NCBI RefSeq assembly: GCF_008831285.2
Contig: NC_045138.2
Span: 32,116,001 to 32,180,000, forward strand
Length of the DNA stretch: 64,000 nt
Reading direction: 5' to 3'
DNA from: Nymphaea colorata
Taxonomy: Eukaryota
The translations under genes were made by a program, and so were the position numbers. Below, piece by piece: positions 60,501-64,000 of this stretch. The notes under the pieces were generated by a model. It saw only the letters and a program-made list of their open reading frames with translations, was not told the origin of the DNA and ran no database searches. Position 1 is the first letter of the stretch; each line of letters starts with the position of its first letter.

Positions 60501-62747
60501 TCTATGATGACTCCGGCATGGACTGGCTTTTTGGAAGCCCATTCCTGTCGTGCTCATGGGTCGGCTGGACTGCCAGTGATCTTCTAAAATTATTGTGCCT
60601 ATACCCGCATCGTCATACCTGTACCTGGATTTGTACTTGCACCCATGTGACTTAGCACTTAGCAGCCGACTAGTCTGTGGCCACATAGTCTGTAGGGCCA
60701 TGGGACGATGGCATAGCTGAGATGAGACCACGGAATAGCTGGCCGACTAGGTTGACTACTTGCTGCTAGGCCATGAATTATTAGTAGGCCTTTTGGGTAG
60801 GGCTGCACGAAGAGTCGAGCCAGCTCAAGCTTGACTCGAACTCGACTCGTTTATAAATGAGTCGAGCTCAAGTTCATTTGTATGCTCAAAATGTTAAACA
60901 ACCCCAATTTGAGTTGTAAGAACTCAACTTGGCTCAACTACACAATGAATATTGAACTATAAGGAAAAAATAATTAAATGAGTAGCAACTAAACAAGTTA
61001 ATCGAGTTAAACAAGTTACAAGAAATGAGACATGCTTAACATAAACGAGTTAAATAAGTCGAGTTGGAGCTTGACATTGTATTGTCAAGTCGAGCTCGAG
61101 CTTGTTTTGTCGAGCTGGATTCAAGTTCAAATCGAGTTTGAGCTCGAGTTTTTTGAGTCAAATCAAGCTCGAGCTGGCCCAACTCAAGCCCGACTCGGCT
61201 CGTGTGAAACCTTACTTTTGGCCTTTGGGTCAGTTTCATATTTTCTTTTTACTTTTCTTAGCTTTTTGTTGAGAAGATAAATTTCCCTTTCAGAAAGTTT
61301 TGAGTTACACATTTATATTTTACGGAGATATGTATATCTGTTAAACATACATACAAATAGGTATACAGAAAAAACATATATATTTGTATGCATATGTATA
61401 CATATGTATATAGTTTATTTGATCCTTGATGACATTTGTATGTCTTTTTTTACTTTTGGCCTTCATGTTGTGTTGTCATATCTTTTATTGATTTTAGTTT
61501 GGTTAACCAACTTGAACCAAATAATCCTTCTTAATAAGGCCTTGACCGACTTTTGCCCAACTTTCCAGTTTTGACAAATTAGGCTTTCTGCAGGTCATGG
61601 ACATGCTTGGTCCCAGCCTCTGGGACGTCTGGAATTCTTCTAATCAGGCGTATGGATGCATCTGTTTTGTCTCTAGCTTTTCCTTTATTGTCTTGTGCAG
61701 TTTTTGCATTCTGAAGGTTTGCTAATATTTGTTTAGGATGTCAACTGAGATGGTTGCGTGCATAGCTGTTGAGGCAATATCTATATTAGAGAAGCTTCAC
61801 TTGAAAGGGTATGTTCTGGTCGTGTTTCTTCATGGAGGCCATGGAAGAATTTGATGGCCTTCTTTTCTTGCTATTTAGTTGTGCAACATTGTTTTGTTAG
61901 TTTCTAATTGTTCTGTCTGCCATGCAGCTTTGTGCATGGAGATGTTAAACCAGAAAATTTTCTACTTGGTCAGCCTGGGACAGCTGATGAAAAGAAGCTA
62001 TTTCTGGTTGATCTTGGATTGGGTATGTTAATCATCTTGACTTTTGCTAATGCCTTATATTTCTATGGACTAGCTAAAACCAATATACATTTGCATCTGA
62101 AGATACTTTATAATAGAGAATTGCCTATTTTCTTTGAGTGTTTTGCCACTTAATTCAACTTATTTCTTCTTTAGCATCAAGATGGAAGGATACATCATCT
62201 GGTCATCATGTTGACTATGATCAAAGGCCTGATGTTTTTAGGTGTGTATGTTGGTCTTCAGTTTTTATGGTTTCTCGGGAGTGAGACAATTGACATAAAT
62301 TGAAATTTGCAGGGGGACAATAAGGTATGCAAGTGTTCATGCTCATTTAGGTAGGACAGGCAGTAGAAGAGATGACCTTGAATCATTAGCATATACACTA
62401 ATTTTTCTTCTAAAAGGAAGGCTGCCTTGGCAAGGTTATATGGTAAGATAACCACTTATATCTATTTTAGATATTTACCTTATTTCTTTGCTGACTTCAT
62501 TTTCTCCCTTTTGCCTCTAAAACTGCAGGGTGATAACAAAAGTTTTCTTGTTTGTAAGAAAAAGATGGCCACCTCACCGGAGATGCTTTGCTGTTTTTGT
62601 CCTTTCCCATTTAAGCAATTTCTTGAGATGGTGACAAATATGAAATTCGATGAAGAGCCAAACTACCAAAAGCTGATATCACCTTTTGAGCAGATTATTG
62701 GATCAGATGCATCATTGAGACCTATCAGGACTGATGGAGCTCTTAGG
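57569..62747 (+). CDS. Casein kinase 1-like protein (plant MUT9-like kinase/PPK/HD16 family), 5' portion; remaining exons lie beyond the window
   Basis: Exons 57569-57949, 59082-59207, 59304-59377, 59539-59608, 61594-61649, 61737-61808, 61928-62022, 62175-62241, 62313-62442, 62529-62747, phases consistent. Motifs: [97 protein letters not shown]. Confidence 0.92.
59987..60655. mobile_element. Possible non-autonomous TIR element in kinase intron 4
   Basis: Inverted ends CTAAGTCACGTGG / CCATGTGACTTAG; a similar left end lies at about 10986. No clear TSD. Confidence 0.5.
60798..61214. mobile_element. hAT-type MITE (AGCTCG/CGAGC-rich family)
   Basis: TIRs TAGGGCTGCAC / GTGAAACCTTA; TSD CTTTTGGG / CTTTTGGC. 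Confidence 0.82.
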
Positions 62748-64000
62748 GTCAGTTCTTTTATCATTCTGACATATATGCTGATATTCATGACATGGTGGGG
62801 AAGATAAAAAGAAAACAAACTACGCACACACATAACTATGGTTTGCTTCATGAATAGGTGGGTGGCATGAGTCCAACTTTGTACCTGTGCTGATGCATGG
62901 TTGCTTACGTCACTCCTTGTGTACGTGCTTGGAACCATGCCTATATGTAGACATTGGTTATGGTTTTCTCTGTATATCAGTAGATGTGCATGTGTAGGCT
63001 GTGTTTTCTCTGTAAGTGTGCATGTGTAGGCTGTGTTTTTGTGTGGTAAGCCCAGGAAGTTGTAGTGCAATGACTGCTTTTGAGTGTCAGCTAATTGTAT
63101 CCAAAAGGATGTCATCCCGGAGGCATTCATTGAAGAGTCAGTTTATAGACAATGGGTCGACTTTGGTTTAACTTTAAATCCATTCTAGGCAACAGTTCAA
63201 CACATTCTTTTTGTCTGCTCATTGATGATAAGCTTAGTTGTTAAGGCGTCGCCTAGTGTGAACTAGCCATCAGTCCACATCTCACGCCTAAGTGATGGGC
63301 CTAAGTCAGTCATTTAGGTGTGGGGTGTGGGTTTGGCGCCTAGGCTGTCACCTAGGCACTCTTAGTGGCGCCTAGGCTGGACTGGGCGTTCTGGTGCCTA
63401 GTCCATTTGAAAGTTTGGGTGACTTTATCCTCTGATACTTGATTTGTTTTGCTTCCCAAGACCTGTTATCCCTTGAGTTTAGCTTAATTTTATTGGAGGG
63501 AGTCTGATTGATCCAGTGGTTGCAAAAGTTCTGTTGAAAACAGAGAATTTTTGCTATAAGTATCTTAGAAAATTACAATTCGTGCAGAAATTAGTTTGCT
63601 TACAAGGTCTATCTTTTACCTGAATTGATTGAGCTAGGATTGTAGGTGTGATTTGAGTTCTGCTAATGTATGCATTAGACAGCTTAAGTCAGAGTCGTGT
63701 AGGTGTCTTTTACAGTCTTTCAAATTTGTTCATATTCAGTTGCCATCTACCATAGGTCCAGTTTAGAATGCACATATTTCAAAGTAGGTATTATTTTGGT
63801 TATTTTCTGTTTCATGTATATTTTTTAGTGGTCAGCTTCAGTTCTACAATGAGAAGTCTATCATCTGGTTTAAATTCAATGCATTAACCATATTTTGCTG
63901 TTTTATAAGTTGATTTTGACTAGTCCTAACTTGCTAACATGCTGGCGCACATAAAGCATAAAGGTGACATTTTATAGGAGGGTCACTGTGACCCTGCTTC

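Overview
Flowering-plant nuclear DNA: AT-rich, with spliceosomal introns and many (TA)n tracts. The species cannot be established from sequence alone. Five protein-coding genes were reconstructed by hand with frame-consistent exon chains: the 5' part of an RTEL1-type Fe-S DNA helicase (minus, runs off the left edge); a complete 501-aa cytosolic ALDH2C-type aldehyde dehydrogenase (minus, one GC-AG intron, substitutions at usually conserved sites); a complete 509-aa FRIGIDA-like protein (minus); a complete 410-aa LAMMER/AFC kinase (minus); and the 5' part of an MLK/HD16-type casein kinase 1-like gene (plus, runs off the right edge). Introns and intergenic DNA hold a decayed Ty1/copia complex with non-matching LTRs, a gypsy gag relic, a probable SINE, several hAT-type MITEs with 8-bp target-site duplications (two nested), Tourist/PIF-type elements and local tandem duplications. 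The most notable item is a non-autonomous PIF/Harbinger-type element (27829-28823) carrying an exon-intron-exon piece of a CBSCBSPB-like host gene. A similarly built element next to the RTEL1 promoter carries a PPR-gene fragment, suggesting a gene-capturing Pack-type family. Pack-type elements are a known class, and I see no firm evidence of a wholly new biological system.
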